A stretch of 62,896 nt of DNA, counting the filler, from Octopus bimaculoides (taxonomy: Eukaryota): NCBI RefSeq assembly GCF_001194135.2. It is 6 parts of 5 records of this genome, joined end to end, with 100 filler letters (N's around TTAATTAATTAA, not from the genome) between each part and the next. Parts side by side here need not be neighbours in the genome. Positions count along the whole stretch, not along the records: positions 24,110 to 52,007 come from NC_068985.1; 5 more parts are not named here. One strand, 5' to 3'. Each line of letters starts with the position of its first letter. Position 1 is the stretch's first letter. A model generated the notes under the pieces. The model saw only the letters and a list, made by a program, of their open reading frames with translations, ran no database searches and was not told where the DNA came from. Below are positions 35,606 to 48,702 of the stretch, one piece after another. The position numbers and the translations under genes were made by a program.

Positions 35606-37143
35606 CATGCACAGGTACACACATATGTACATATGTGTATATTTTTACTTCATATCGGTGAACATGACATATGTCTTGTAGGTGATGATACGTTTCTATT
35701 CAATTGTATATTTCGGTATATATACACACACATGCATAAATTCACACACCCACCAACAAATAAGCTCACACTCTCTCACACTCACTGTCAGATACACACA
35801 CACACGCACAAACAAACGCACTCACAAACGTACACACACACCCGCTCACACAAACACAGACACATATATGTATATATATATAAATTCACCTCGTACTTAT
35901 ATGATGCGGAATTTTGTCACGCAAACTCCTCCTATATCTTTATTAATCAACTATTTATTGTTTCAGTTTTATCTTACCAGTCAACTCAATTTTTTTCTCC
36001 TCTATTCTTTGTTCATGATTTGTTAATGGCTTCTAGACACGAAACCAAAACTTGGTCAGCTATCACAAGATTCTGCTGACAAACCTCTAATGTAAATTGT
36101 TGCTGAGCAGTTGAACAATATGCTTAACCAAATCGTGTTTAGGTTTTATCAGTTCAAACCACTTCTGTGGCGTTTACTTTATGTCATTCTATTGCAATCA
36201 CAAATGGGTCAATGTATTTGTTTTCTGTCATTCTTTCAACTGTATTATAAAGAGTTTTGACTTTATAGATCCAGTAAATAACTTGAAATTAATGAATGTT
36301 ACTATGTTAGCGCTGGATTGGATGTGTTATGGGCATCAAGATAAGTCCCTACGAAACAATGGCCTCTATATCTCTCCTTCCTTTCTTCCTTAATGCCTGC
36401 CGTGTTACCCAAAATAGCTCATCCTCCTGCAAGCATATGCGTATAAAAGAATGATGGATGATGTGCCTGGCGCATTGATTTTCAGCGCTATTTTCTAAAT
36501 TTGATTATGATTTCCCTCTTATCCATCCATTTTTAATCCTATATTTTGTAGAATCTTGCTGCAGAATATCATTTTTCTACGAGTCGATCTCATTTCAGTT
36601 TACTTTGCTTGACATGTTGAATTTTATATTTATTGACAACTCAAGTCACACGAACAACCTGATTTTTTTCTCATCCCTTTAAGACCGATAAAACGGTGCA
36701 TTAGCGGAAATGTAAGAACATCAAACTGAATGCTTTGCACTATCAGTCCCCGCTCTTTCCATTCTGTGATCAAATCCCACTGCGCTCTACTTGAGTGGTA
36801 GACTGAATCTCGCGCCGAGTTAAACTCCACCACCTGTCACCTTGGTTACCTTTTGCAGAAATCACTCTTTTGCAAGCATTGAAGCTAGGTTTCCAGTTTT
36901 AGGATTCCTGGGTCCTCCCAAAATGTCTCAGAAAATTTGAAAATGGTCTAAGGCAATGTCTTTCATTCTGCCTAAACGTTAAAAAAACAGCAACCAATAG
37001 TATTTCCCTATATATTATTTTGCGAACTATCCAGTACATTTTCCTGTTAGTTTAAGTATATGCTTTTTTTTTGAATAGTGACCAGCTGTCAAAGGAAGTC
37101 AGGATTAATGTTCCGTTATTTTTATAATATATTATCAATGATA

Positions 37144-37306
37144 GGCGTAGGAGTGGCTATGTGGTAAGTAGCTTGCTTACCAACTACATAGTCCCGGGTT
37201 CAGTCCCACTGCATAGCATCTTGGGCAAGTGTCTTCTACTATAGCCCCGGGCCGACCAAAGCCTTGTGAGTGGATTTGGTAGACGGAAACTGAAAGAAGC
37301 CCGTCG

Positions 37307-37381
<75 letters not shown>

Positions 37382-37568
37382 CCCCCAACATCGCTTGACA
37401 ACCGATGCTGGTGTGTTTATGTCCCCGTAACTTAGCGGTTCGGCAAAAGAGACCGATAGAATAAGTACTAGGCTTCCAAAGAATAAGTCCTGGGGTCGAT
37501 TTGCTCGACTAAAGTCGGTGCTCCAGCATGGCCACAGTCAAAAGACGGAAACAAGTAAAAGAGTAAAG
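37144..37568 (+). mobile_element. SINE family A, full length and ungapped
   Basis: A-box-like GTGGCTATGTGG, B-box-like GGTTCAGTCCC, CORE-like CTTGGGCAAGTGTCTTC, internal (TA)n(TG)n, 3' domain ...GGTGCTCCAGCATGGCCACAGTC and tail GTAAAAGAGTAAAG. Confidence 0.95.
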
Positions 37569-37849
37569 AAAAAGAGAGAGAATGATGAAAATACTGCATT
37601 CAAAGAAGTAATTCCACCAATATATAAATTAAAACCTCCCAACCGTAACATTGTTTTCATTTGCATAACTTAGGCTACAATTTCAAATCAGTAAGTATGA
37701 TTTGAGGAAATGTGAATGTTGTTTCTAATAGGTAAAACGCCCAAATAGAGCTTTCATCTCTGGCTCGATAGTTAGTAGTAATCTAATGTGGTGAAAGAAG
37801 TCTGTAATCCTGTTTCTGCTATGTATCCGCAATAGCATTAATATCGAAT

Positions 37850-38500
37850 CCTATTACTATTCCTCTAAGAAATGCATCTAACGTAAAAATAACTTGTGTT
37901 AATCATCGATGAGATCCCAATACTTTCGGTGAGTCTACTTGTGCACCATATGAAATTTTTCGATAAGTTCTTTTTCAACGAAAAGAAGCTGAACACCATA
38001 CTGTATTATTCTTCATCTCAAATAATATACTTCTTTGGAGACTAGCAAGTACCTCGCCGACTAGTATTTCCTAATATGTTCAAGTAAGATGTAGTGTAGA
38101 ATAATTATTCCATAACTTGGATGGTTCTACTACAGCACAGGCAACTATTCTGAGCTGCATGAAACGAAAGGCCTCTCAACTTAGAAGCATGGAATTACTC
38201 AAACTTCTGTACGACTTACATTGCTTTTATAATTCCGTCCTCTGAACAGCATTTTAAATTTCTTCCAGGCAGTAATTTAATGCTATTCGAGAAGACGAGT
38301 AACTTCATCGATGTCTCGGGTATCAACATGCAGAGGCTCTGGATCTACAATATACATCCAGAATAAACTGTTACATAAATATGTCTTCTTTGCTCGTATT
38401 CATAATGTGAAAAGCTGTAAAGAGGCTTAGATATATGCGGCTCCTTTGACTAACTTCTTGAAAACCAAGACGAGAACTAGAACAATGTAACACAACTGAG
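37850..38500 (-). mobile_element. Highly decayed RTE-like LINE RT C-terminal remnant
   Basis: Minus strand DEVTRLLE*H*ITAWKKFKML resembles ..RI..AW.KFREL; other motifs are weak. Confidence 0.35.
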
Positions 38501-39135
38501 GTGTTTAAGGTTAAGAGTAGTTCTTGAAATATAACTATGAATGAAATGTTAAGCAAGAATCATTTTGGAAGGCAATGTGACAGTGATGAGACACTCAGAA
38601 CTACTATGGTATTGTTAATATATAGCAGCATAGTAAAAATACCATAGTATTGCAGTAGCAGCGATATGAAATCCACGAGAAATATTCCTGTGCAGCAAAT
38701 TTCGATGCGTGGTAGCCATATCCAAATCATAAATAAAGACTGGGTACAGTATACAGCTGATCAAATAGATTCTATTTACCCATCAGCAAATACAGGCGAT
38801 AACGTTTCAACGTTTGTTATACATTTATCGACATAATATACTCGTCTAAATTTTAGTGAACGCTAAATAAACGATGAGATACATAATTCATTGGTATAGA
38901 ATAACATACACAGTGTTATGTAAATAATTTCACAGACATGACCGATGAATGTTGTTGATTACGTCGAAGATAATATACTAGTATGTCATCTGAGTTGACA
39001 CACATTATAATAAATTCATAAGTAAATTTGTATCTTTCATGATTTTGAAAGAAACATCCTTTCAGTATGTATGATTAATAAACATATTTCGGTGATCAGA
39101 AACATATTTTTCGGTAATATGTCACAAGAAAATAA

Positions 39136-39350
39136 GACGGTGAGCTTACAGAACCGTCAGTACACGGGATAGCATACTTAGCGGCATTTCCTTCGTCTTT
39201 ACGTTCTGACTTCAAATTACGCCGAGGGTGACTATGCCTGTTACCCTTTCAAGGTCAAAGAAATAAGTACCAGTCGCGAACTGGATCGATGAAATCGACT
39301 TATCCCTCCTCTGAAATTGCCGGCCTAATGCCAAAATTTGAAATTAATAT
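39136..39350 (+). mobile_element. SINE family B (diverged)
   Basis: GACGGTGAGCTTACAGAACC...GTTCTGACTTCAAATTACGCCGAGGGTGACT...AAATAAGTACCAGT. Confidence 0.85.
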
Positions 39351-40962
39351 TTCGTTAGAAAACACATGGGTTGCGCAGTAATCAGCCTTGTATATATAAT
39401 GCAGGCAAGCATCTCTTACTCATACAACATTTAGTATGTACTTTCTGTCCACTGTGCTTATACTAATTTCAGCATTTAAATTTTTTTAGATAATCTAACA
39501 AATGATAATGATACACAAATTACTTAGATAATTTTAGAAATAATAGAAAGTTTTAAAACAAATCGGAAAAACGTAATTTGTCCAAAGCTAAATGCTACCG
39601 TAAATTTGTTACTGAGAAATAATGTTGAGAAATAATGCTCCAAGAATTCTCGAAATAAGTTAACTTGAGAAATAAAATAGAAAGCATATCATGTATTTTC
39701 TCAAATGAAATTTCTACAGTATAGTTTTTTTGTTTTTTTAACAATAGTTATAAATATATATATTGTTGTAAAAGGAGGCTGAAATCTATGCATAACCTAA
39801 TAATGATTAGTGGTATTATATTTTTGGTGACCCTTTGTCACAAGACTGCGTTCTGTTATCACTTTTATTCTTTCAGTCATTCGGATAAGTCATGCTTGGT
39901 ATTCCCAACTATGGCATTGACGATTACATCAGCAGTAGTATTTATCAACTGGTACTTACTATACCTGTAATTGAATGAGAAGCAAACTGAAATTCAGAGT
40001 TACAAGTAGTAGAAAAGTTATATTGTCAGACTTCTCCAAGTTCTGCATTGTATCCAACCAGTCGTAAAGAACCTTATAAAAAGAAACTCTGCTCAAAGTA
40101 CCGTATACTTTGTTTTCAATAAGCCAACTCTAGTAAAATATAATGAACTCTACCTACTTCTGTTCTGCTTCATTTCCATAACAACAGAGAAAAAAAAAAC
40201 ATAACTGTGTGGAAAAAATTAATTTATCATTGAAACTAACAAATAATTATTTGTTAGTTTGAAGATTAAATCCGTATGCCATGTGTAGAAGGCAAATATG
40301 ATATTTTCCAAATGTACTTTCGTCGAACGGACGAGGGAATAATAATTAATTCAGCCTTGCTTTTTACTATTAGACTACTTAACAGTTTTGAAACGTCAGA
40401 GTCTTAATCTCCCCACGGCATATGAACATATTTTAACTGAGATACTTGACTATATATTTTCTATCGACCCAGACAGCAACATGTTACTTCGGAATCAGTA
40501 TTTTTCTTAAACTCAGAATATATTTTACAAATATTTTAATTATAAGGAAATATTTGTGTTCGCCATACAAGGTCAAATATATTTTTTAATTATAAAATCG
40601 TACTTTCACTCCTAGTCCTTATTCCTTTGCACGTTGGTCAGGACGATGTAAACTATATATGGTTTATCACAAAGGCAGTTGTATCATACCTGAAATTTAA
40701 CTTAAGGGTGTTAACTTAAAGTAGAAACCCAGTGACGTATATATCAAAAGTAAGCTTTCCATATATTTTAGTCAACTGTAAATGGTGTTAAGTAAATGAA
40801 ACCAGGTGTAACGTATCTAGGTTTATTTCATCCTTGTGATGGTTGCTATTAGCACAGTTTTTAGTATAGACATGATAATTTAACTACAACTGCTATAAAC
40901 ATAAACATCTACATATATATGTGAAGCACACAATCACAAACACATAAAATACACACATACAC

Positions 40963-41037
<75 letters not shown>

Positions 41038-41101
41038 TATATATATATACATGTATATATAACAGATATATATATGTGTGTGTGTGCATAAGTGTGTATG
41101 T

Positions 41102-41320
41102 GTTATTTCTTTACTACCCACAAGGGACTACACACAGACAGACAAACAGATTAAGTCAATTATATCGACCCCAGTGCGTAACTGGTGCTTATTTAATCGA
41201 CCCCGAAAGGATGAAAGGCAAAGTCGACCTCGGCGGAATTTGAACTCAGAACGTAGCGGCAGACGAAATACCGCTAAGCATTTCGCCCGGCGTGCTAACG
41301 TTTCTGCCAGCTCGCCGCCT
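41102..41320 (-). mobile_element. SINE family B, apparently young copy
   Basis: The reverse complement reads GGCGGCGAGCTGGCAGAAACGTTAGCACGCCGGGCGAAATGCTTAGCGGTATTTCGTCTGCCGCTACGTTCTGAGTTCAAATTCCGCCGAGGTCGACTTTGCCTTTCATCCTTTCGGGGTCGATTAAATAAGCACCAG, with CpGs intact. Confidence 0.95.
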
Positions 41321-43815
41321 TGTGTATGTGTGAAAACAAAAATAGAATGGGCAGACCTTAGTAAAAGAAAATTGATCATATATTTACTTGTTATCTGATA
41401 TGTGCGATCTGAGTTCACTTTAAGCCATACATTTATGCATGATTTTGATATATCACGTAGACAGTAGGGGTCCTGTAAGGAAGTTATTTTCATTTTTTTA
41501 AATCATGTAAACTTAAGAGGACAACGATATACGGATGTATAGGTATGAATGTGAGTCTCTGTATGTGTATGCAGTGAAAATGTGTTTTTTTTTATCACTT
41601 TCAATCGATTCCGGCGCATGTGTTATTTTTATAAGCTTTTCTCTTATCTCGTCTTTTATTTTCCACCCCCTTTCAAGTGCTTTGCTCGTCCTTCGATTTG
41701 TATGTTAGCGTAAAAAATATTATTCATATATTCTAAACGATAGCAACGTTACCATATACAAAATGAGGAGGTGAAATATATTTTAGTTTTGTAATATATA
41801 ATATGGATAGAGCAGGTGGTGAAGACGCGGAGTGAAGCACAGAAAAAAAAGTAGAATAAGTGAGTAGTTGAATGAATGATGTATACGAAGAGGAAATCTT
41901 ACAAAACTAAAGAAGACAGCAAGCAACTTGATCGTTATTCTGTGGAAAATAAGAATAAGAAGTAGAGTTGTCGAGATAATATTATATCCATATTCATTTC
42001 TAATTGCTACTGTATTCCTGTCAAATCTCAATGACATGCTCTCAGCGATTCCTGTAACTGCCCTTTGGCAATGTTGAATTCTTAATGTCAATGATTGACA
42101 TGGCGTCTCTGCATCATTTCCGAATATCTGCACAGTAATTTTAACGGTTGGTTTTTACATCCTATCTCTGCATCTCACCGCCATCTTCACTTCTCGCTTA
42201 ACTTTTTCTTAGTTTGTTGTAAAGCAAACCTTTTTTTAATAATCTCTTTTCCTTTCACCAACATTGATATTGTTAAGTGTTTTCTGTGCTCATCCCGCTC
42301 ATGTTTTGGTTACCATTATAGATCAAGTACAGAATTCAAACGGAAATAAAGTTTTCATGCTACACGCATCTCTTCAAGAGAAACGCATAGAATTTCATTT
42401 AAAGTTGAATCGTAATTAAACTGATGCAAAAGTAAAACGAAATGATTCAAGAATGCAAAACACTTAACTAAAATATATCCTCAACTATAAATAAACACAA
42501 AAACAATTATGGAAATACTTCAATTTACATTATCATTCGTGTTTTCTGTTTTTCCCTTTCTAATTCTGGTTCGTTGTTTTTCTAATTCTAGTTTGAATAT
42601 TAATGAATTCTGGTAGACAGTGTTAAGAGATTAAGTGCCATAAATTTTCAGTGGAAAATTTTGCCGATTCTTAAATACAAAAAAAGAATGAAAACACAAC
42701 TACATGGTTATTTCTTCAGTAAAGATGGCTAGCTTTGCATTTAAGATAATGTCAAACGTATCTTACTGACAAAAACGTTTCCCTGTATTGTATAAGTGGG
42801 TATATACATACGCGGCGTATGCGAATGTGCACGAGGATATTCACTGGTTTTCTTTGTATTGTTCCGTCTGTTCCAATCTCTACTCTCTCTCACTCCTTTC
42901 TCTGTCACTTCCCATCTCTCACTCTCTTTCTCTCCTTCACTCTCTCTCCCTCACTCTCTCTCTCTGTCTTGACTATTATATTATACACTCCCATCCACAT
43001 ATATTTCAGTATGTATGAATTTATTCTTGTCAGCAAGATCGTATTGCATCCTTGTGTCTGTATGAACATACAGAAACTTACTCAAAATAAATAGCAGAGA
43101 CATGAATACCATTTCCTTGTAAAGCAAAAACAAAACAAATAGAAAATGGAAAGAAAACGAGAAGTCATTTACGATTGGTAGTACTCTTTTTTGTTTGGGT
43201 TCATTTGAGCTCTCCGTTGGTGATTTAGCAGAGCAACGGTTAACACTACTCATCCACTCTCACCTCAATCCTGTCTTTTATTTAATTTGCATCTCACTTC
43301 TGGCTCTATTTGTAAGTAATACAAGGCGAACAGAATAAGTATCATAGTAAACTCACTCTTCTCACAAGGGAACTTCCAATAACTGGAAATAGTGGCAAAA
43401 TGCAGTGCAGCAAGTTAATATTTGACTCGAATATGGCATTCCATCTACGCAAGTATTTATCTAACAACACTTACAAATCAGTCTGTCCAAACTCGTAGAC
43501 AACATATTCCCCTTCACAACATTTGCATTACCTCCTTAGATGCATCACATAACATGAGCCACTCTGTAGCCAATGAGGTTCAGGTATTCTGGAATACATA
43601 AATGTACTGCGTCAGTATTTTATGACAAAAATTAATAAATGTCTTATATTTCTCTCTCTCTCTCACTCTCTCTAACACACACACACTCTCTCTCTCTATA
43701 TATATTTCTCTCTATCTATCTATCTATATCTTTCTCTCTCTCTCTCTTTTCCTCTTTCCCCCTCTCTTCTTTTATTTTCGCTTTGTGTTTAAATATATAT
43801 ATATATATATATATA

Positions 43816-44050
43816 CTAGCAGAAATATCCGGCGTTGCCGATGTCACATGGAATTGAAGAATTAGCTTTTTCTTTTATATTTCTTCTAATGAACTGGAAT
43901 ATCTATGATTCGAATTTCATCAAATTGGGGATTAAGCATTTTAATGAAGGTTCTTTCTCTCTTTACACACCCTAACAAAAATTCTAATCTATGCACAGAT
44001 TCCAAATCTTATTCAACCTATTCAAAGGTTTTTGCTCCTGAAAAACGGAG
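43816..44050 (-). mobile_element. Helitron 3' terminus (subterminal hairpin and CTAG)
   Basis: Minus strand CGGCAACGCCGGATATTTCTG-CTAG|T shows a GC hairpin 11 nt before the CTAG end, followed by T. The 5' extent is uncertain. Confidence 0.75.
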
Positions 44051-44989
44051 CACATGGTCCTCTAAAGTGTGGGAGTTAAGGCCCTCATTAGCGAAAGAGG
44101 GCGGCGAGTCTTAAAGTCAACCAGAGAAGTTGAATTGTTGGGAATCTTTTTTAGCTTGTGTCTTATATCTATTGTTCAACTTTCTTTGAAATCGGAAATA
44201 TATGAATATTCACTGCATTTGTAAAAGAGAGCAAAGCTACAGGAAACCAAAAGACGAATGATCACAATAAGCAGTCAGCTACCCTACACTAATCGTTACC
44301 TCTCTCCAATGTAGGATTCCTCACCATACAGATGACCGGCACAGTCGTAAGATGCATTACATATCTATAGCAATTGGAATGGCGTGACCCAACTTAAATA
44401 AACATTAACAACTGTATGACATAAGGGCTAAGGGGAAATGACAGTATCACCTCTGGAGTTTGCCAATGTTCACTATGCCGATAGGTAACAGAACAGAATA
44501 AATTTGCTATCTATAAATCTCTTTGAATGACTAATCTCTTATATGGAAAGGCCTTGAAATCAATGTTACAATTTGGGAACTATCTCTGACCTACTGATAA
44601 TAAAAAAAAGACTCAAAGGAGGTCTGAAACCAAATAACCTGACTCAAAATAGCACTTTGCAACTGAATCAGTGGAGGCAAAGAGGCCTCTCCTTTACTTG
44701 ACAATTTATGCACCACATTGCAGAACTCACAATCTAAGTATATCTCAAAGCAAACTCTTACACTGTTGTACCATTGAATTACAAATAACGCTGAGCTTGT
44801 ATGCTCGGGTGTCTCTACAGCTTCCAAGACTACAATTGTATTCATCTTGGCTTAGGAAAAATGACTAAATTGTGGAGGTTAAGCCCCCATTAAGGGGACT
44901 TACTAACTCCTAAGAAGTTGAAATTTTAGTAATATCTTATTTATGCTTCATAAAGCTGTTTAAAATAATGTGATAACAGTGATATTTTT

Positions 44990-45540
44990 CAATCATGCAC
45001 GTGCTACATATTTTACTTAATTTAAGAGCAGTGTGGTCATAATCATGAATCAAATTAATGGAATATTATAAATTCTAGATTCCTTCAATTTCTGGACATA
45101 CTGGTATAGAGAAGTGGAACATAATTTATCGCTGGATCACAATGAGAGCGTATGTTGTGTATATCTGGTTTTAATGTGTTCCTTTATATTGAACTAATCG
45201 ATAGCGTGTTTAGCTGTTATGTGTATTGTGACCTTCGTGAGGCATTATTCATTGAGCAGGCAGGACGTTGTTCTGCTGTAATTAATTTCAGGTGGTTGAT
45301 CTTGAATTTTCTTAGTGCTATTAATGTAGTCACAACGGAATATATACCAAGCGATTTTTCATACAGCTATAGCTAGGCTATACATTATTCTTAATAAAGT
45401 GTTTCTGATATGTATTACTAATGGATAATATTTTCATTTCCAGCATCTATAGGAAATTTCTTACTCTATTAGATGTTATGCTCACAAGAAAAGGTGGCGG
45501 TGAAGCAAATAATTTGTCGTTTACGATATTTGCTTTTCTT
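44990..45540 (-). mobile_element. Penelope-like element, GIY-YIG region remnant
   Basis: Minus strand in order: QIICFTATFS (~NIIWFNPPFS), FIKNNV*PSYSCMKN (~FNKNNVKLSYSCM.N), CLLNE*CLT and IKTRYTQHTLSL (~FK.RY.QH..S). Confidence 0.65.
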
Positions 45541-46394
45541 CTTTCAAAATATTAATTTACAATGCACCGTTTTAGGTAACTATAGAGGGGTTAAATATTT
45601 CCTTAGATAATACGGTGATAATTTCCAATAATGTTACTGAATGCATATTTTATATAAGTGTGTATATGTTTAAGCACAGCCCGTCGCACGAAAAATTCTT
45701 CTTTATTCATAATTTCTATTCCGTATTGTACTGCACATTGGGCTGTTCTAGAATGACTTTCTAATAAGTTAATACCTTTCTCAAACTTCCCTCTCTAGAT
45801 AACATGACATTGTGAGAGAATATTTGCATATGTGAAGAAATTATTTTGAAACATGATAGGTGTTTAAATTATATGTGTTCTGAAAATTACACACATACTC
45901 GTACGTAAACGTACACACATATACACATACATGCAGTGCAATGAAGCGGAACGAGTTGTTCCTCGAATTTCACTGGTGTTCTGTCAACCCCGGATAGATG
46001 AAAATTAAAGTTAACATGAACAGGATATAAAATCAGAGTACAGAAGCCAGGAAAAAATAACGCACTGTATTTTATCCGTTTGTCTATAACTAGGAAAAAC
46101 ATTTTAGACTCAAATAATGAACAGTATCTGAAATTTTCAGTAACTTAGCTGTTTATTAAGAAAACTCCCTCTCTCCCACGGACAGACTGGATATACTTTC
46201 TGCTATTCCCCTTATTGCACCATTATCAGGAAAAATATCGGCCTAACACTTACCGATGAAGATGAGAAAACTTACGACATTCCGTACCCAAATGCGTTCA
46301 TTTTTAGTACACGACGAGCCACTGGCGACACGTGTACGATTGAAAAAAATATATCGGAAGGAGATTGCATATAGTCTCTTCATATATCGGTTTC

Positions 46395-46610
46395 AAATTT
46401 TGGCACAAAGCCAGCAATTTGGGGGAACGAGTATAAGTCAATTAAATCGTCCCCAGGACTCAACCTGTACTTATTTTATCAAAATTGAAAGGATGAAAAG
46501 CAAAGTCGACCCCAGCGGCATTTGAACGTAGAACGTAAAGACGAACGAATTGCCGTTCAGCATGTTGCACCCTCCGGTGTTCTTATGATTCTGCCAGCTC
46601 GTCCCCTCGT
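46395..46610 (-). mobile_element. SINE family B (diverged)
   Basis: GGATGAAAAGCAAAGTCGACCCCAGCGGCATTTGAACGTAGAACGTAAAGACG...ATTCTGCCAGCTCGTC. Confidence 0.85.
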
Positions 46611-47800
46611 CTCTTCATATATTATATAGAAACACGCATACACACATATATCATTAACTTTTGAAGACCTGCGCGTAGGCACACTCACTCTCTCCCTTTC
46701 TCTCTCTCATATACACGCACATACACGCACCTATGCACACATATATATTACATGCACGCATGACTGTGCCTCTGTATTTATGCTTGTATATAGACAAATA
46801 ACACATCCATTTATCTAAGTATAGATTGTCGAGAGTGTAAGGCTGAAATTATTTCCTATTTATATCACACACTTCAAAGAAATATACATACACTCTAAAA
46901 ACGAAAACACTTATCACAAAAGCAATGCAATGACATGGCCGCATTTCAGTAATTGGAACGAAAGACTGGTAATATGTAAGCAATATATATGGTAAAATAT
47001 AAAAATGCGATTTACACATTTTTTGCATGATATAACATACGGGGATTTTCCGATTCAGTAACGAACATTCAGAACGAAATACCTTTGTGGAATAGGTGAA
47101 CTCTGAGAAACGAACAACTCAAAACTATTGAATTCCAGATCTCCAAACATATGTATGTCATCAACGCGGTTAAGACAGCGAAGTTATTTGACTTGGCATT
47201 TATATTCACATAATGACCTGACTGGTATTTGCGTTGGAGGTATCATATTTGAAAGTAGAAATGTACAAGCAATTGTGAGGATATAGCTTCTGTGTGTGTG
47301 GGGTGAGGTGGGGGTGTAAGAGAGTGCGCGCGCGTGTTTATGTAGACGCTCAAAAAATTTGTGCATATATCAGTGTTTGTGCGAGGATGTGTGGATGAAA
47401 TGCTTAAATATGAATGTTTACTTGATTATATTTCTGTACGGGTGTTTTATAAACGCTACTCGCACAGGCAGAGATGTTCAACACATGCAATGTGTAAAAT
47501 AATATTTTTCATACGCACACTCAAACACACGGACAAACTCACTCGAACAAACACACGCACAGGAACAAACACTCACGCGCGAACTCGAGGGGGTACGCAC
47601 ACACACACAGATATACCTAGAAAAAGGACAAAAGAAATTCTAAATATGTAACTGAAATGTACATATATATATAATATTTGGAGGCTGGAAGTTTTTCAAT
47701 CATAACCTTCCTTTACGTTACGGATTAATCAGACATACGAATAAACGTCGCGAAAGGCGAGGGTACAATTGCAGAAATCTCTACTACTTGTTTTATTATT

Positions 47801-47809
<9 letters not shown>

Positions 47810-47840
<31 letters not shown>

Positions 47841-48208
47841 TGATGTATCAATACCAGCAGATGGCAACGTTTCTCTAAAAGAAATGGAAAAACTTTCAAA
47901 ATACAAAGACCTGGAAATAGAGATAACTCGAATGTGGAATCTAAAAACAGAAACAATTCCTATCATAGAAGGTGCCTTAGGTATAATAAAGAAATATTCA
48001 GACAAATACATAACAAAAACACCAGGACTTACAAATATATATAACATACAGAAAATTGCACTACTGGGTACTGCACACATTCTACGCAAAACACTTTCAA
48101 TACAGTAAACATAAGAGCACCACAGCAAACCACAGCACATACCCAAGGCGCACAGAGCTGCGCTCGGTAGTGAAGTGAAAGCACGTTATAAAAATAAAAC
48201 TACTGAAC

Positions 48209-48243
<35 letters not shown>
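47810..48243 (+). mobile_element. 5'-truncated R4/Dong-clade element (restriction-like endonuclease, 3' UTR) inside (AAT)n
   Basis: DVSIPADGNVSLKEMEKLSKYKDLEIEITRMWNLKTETIPIIEGALG...QKIALLGTAHILRKTLSIQ* is the RLE C-terminus (K..KY.DL motif). A ~100-bp 3' UTR follows, with (AAT)n on both sides. Confidence 0.92.
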
Positions 48244-48244
<1 letters not shown>

Positions 48245-48299
48245 CGAGCGTCACTTTGATGGCATGCACTGCACTCTCACTCAACAATAACAATACTAA

Positions 48300-48385
48300 T
48301 CCTTTGTAATAAAGCCACAAGGCCTGAAATTTGGAGGAAGCAGACTAGTCGATTACATCGACCCCAGAGTTTCATTGATACTTTT
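48300..48385 (-). mobile_element. SINE family B 3' fragment
   Basis: CCACAAGGCCTGAAATTTGG...GTCGATTACATCGACCCCAG. Confidence 0.75.
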
Positions 48386-48702
48386 AGGTGGTGGTGGTGG
48401 TTTTGGTGGCGATGGAGTTATGTCCAAGGACAACGAATATAATTTTATTAGAGACTCTGGCTGCGGCCATCCTATATTTACAGGAAAAGTGAATTTCAAA
48501 AACAATTTTAAAGACACCTCAGTGTAATAGGGATAAATTTAGCTTCTACTTCTAAGAGATCTAAAGACAGAATATTCTTTCTTGTTGCTTCGGGAAGAGT
48601 GTATGTGAATCAAGCAAAGTAGACACTAAATTGCATTTTATATGTATATTTCAGGAGACAGAGGTATAACAAATGCCTTCCATAATTTATACAGGATTCC
48701 TA

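Noticed and set aside
36000-36960. Non-repetitive segment with a 67-aa minus-strand ORF, possibly coding or TE-derived (similar case at 57660-58140)
   Set aside because: I could not match ordered motifs to any family, so it is left unannotated.
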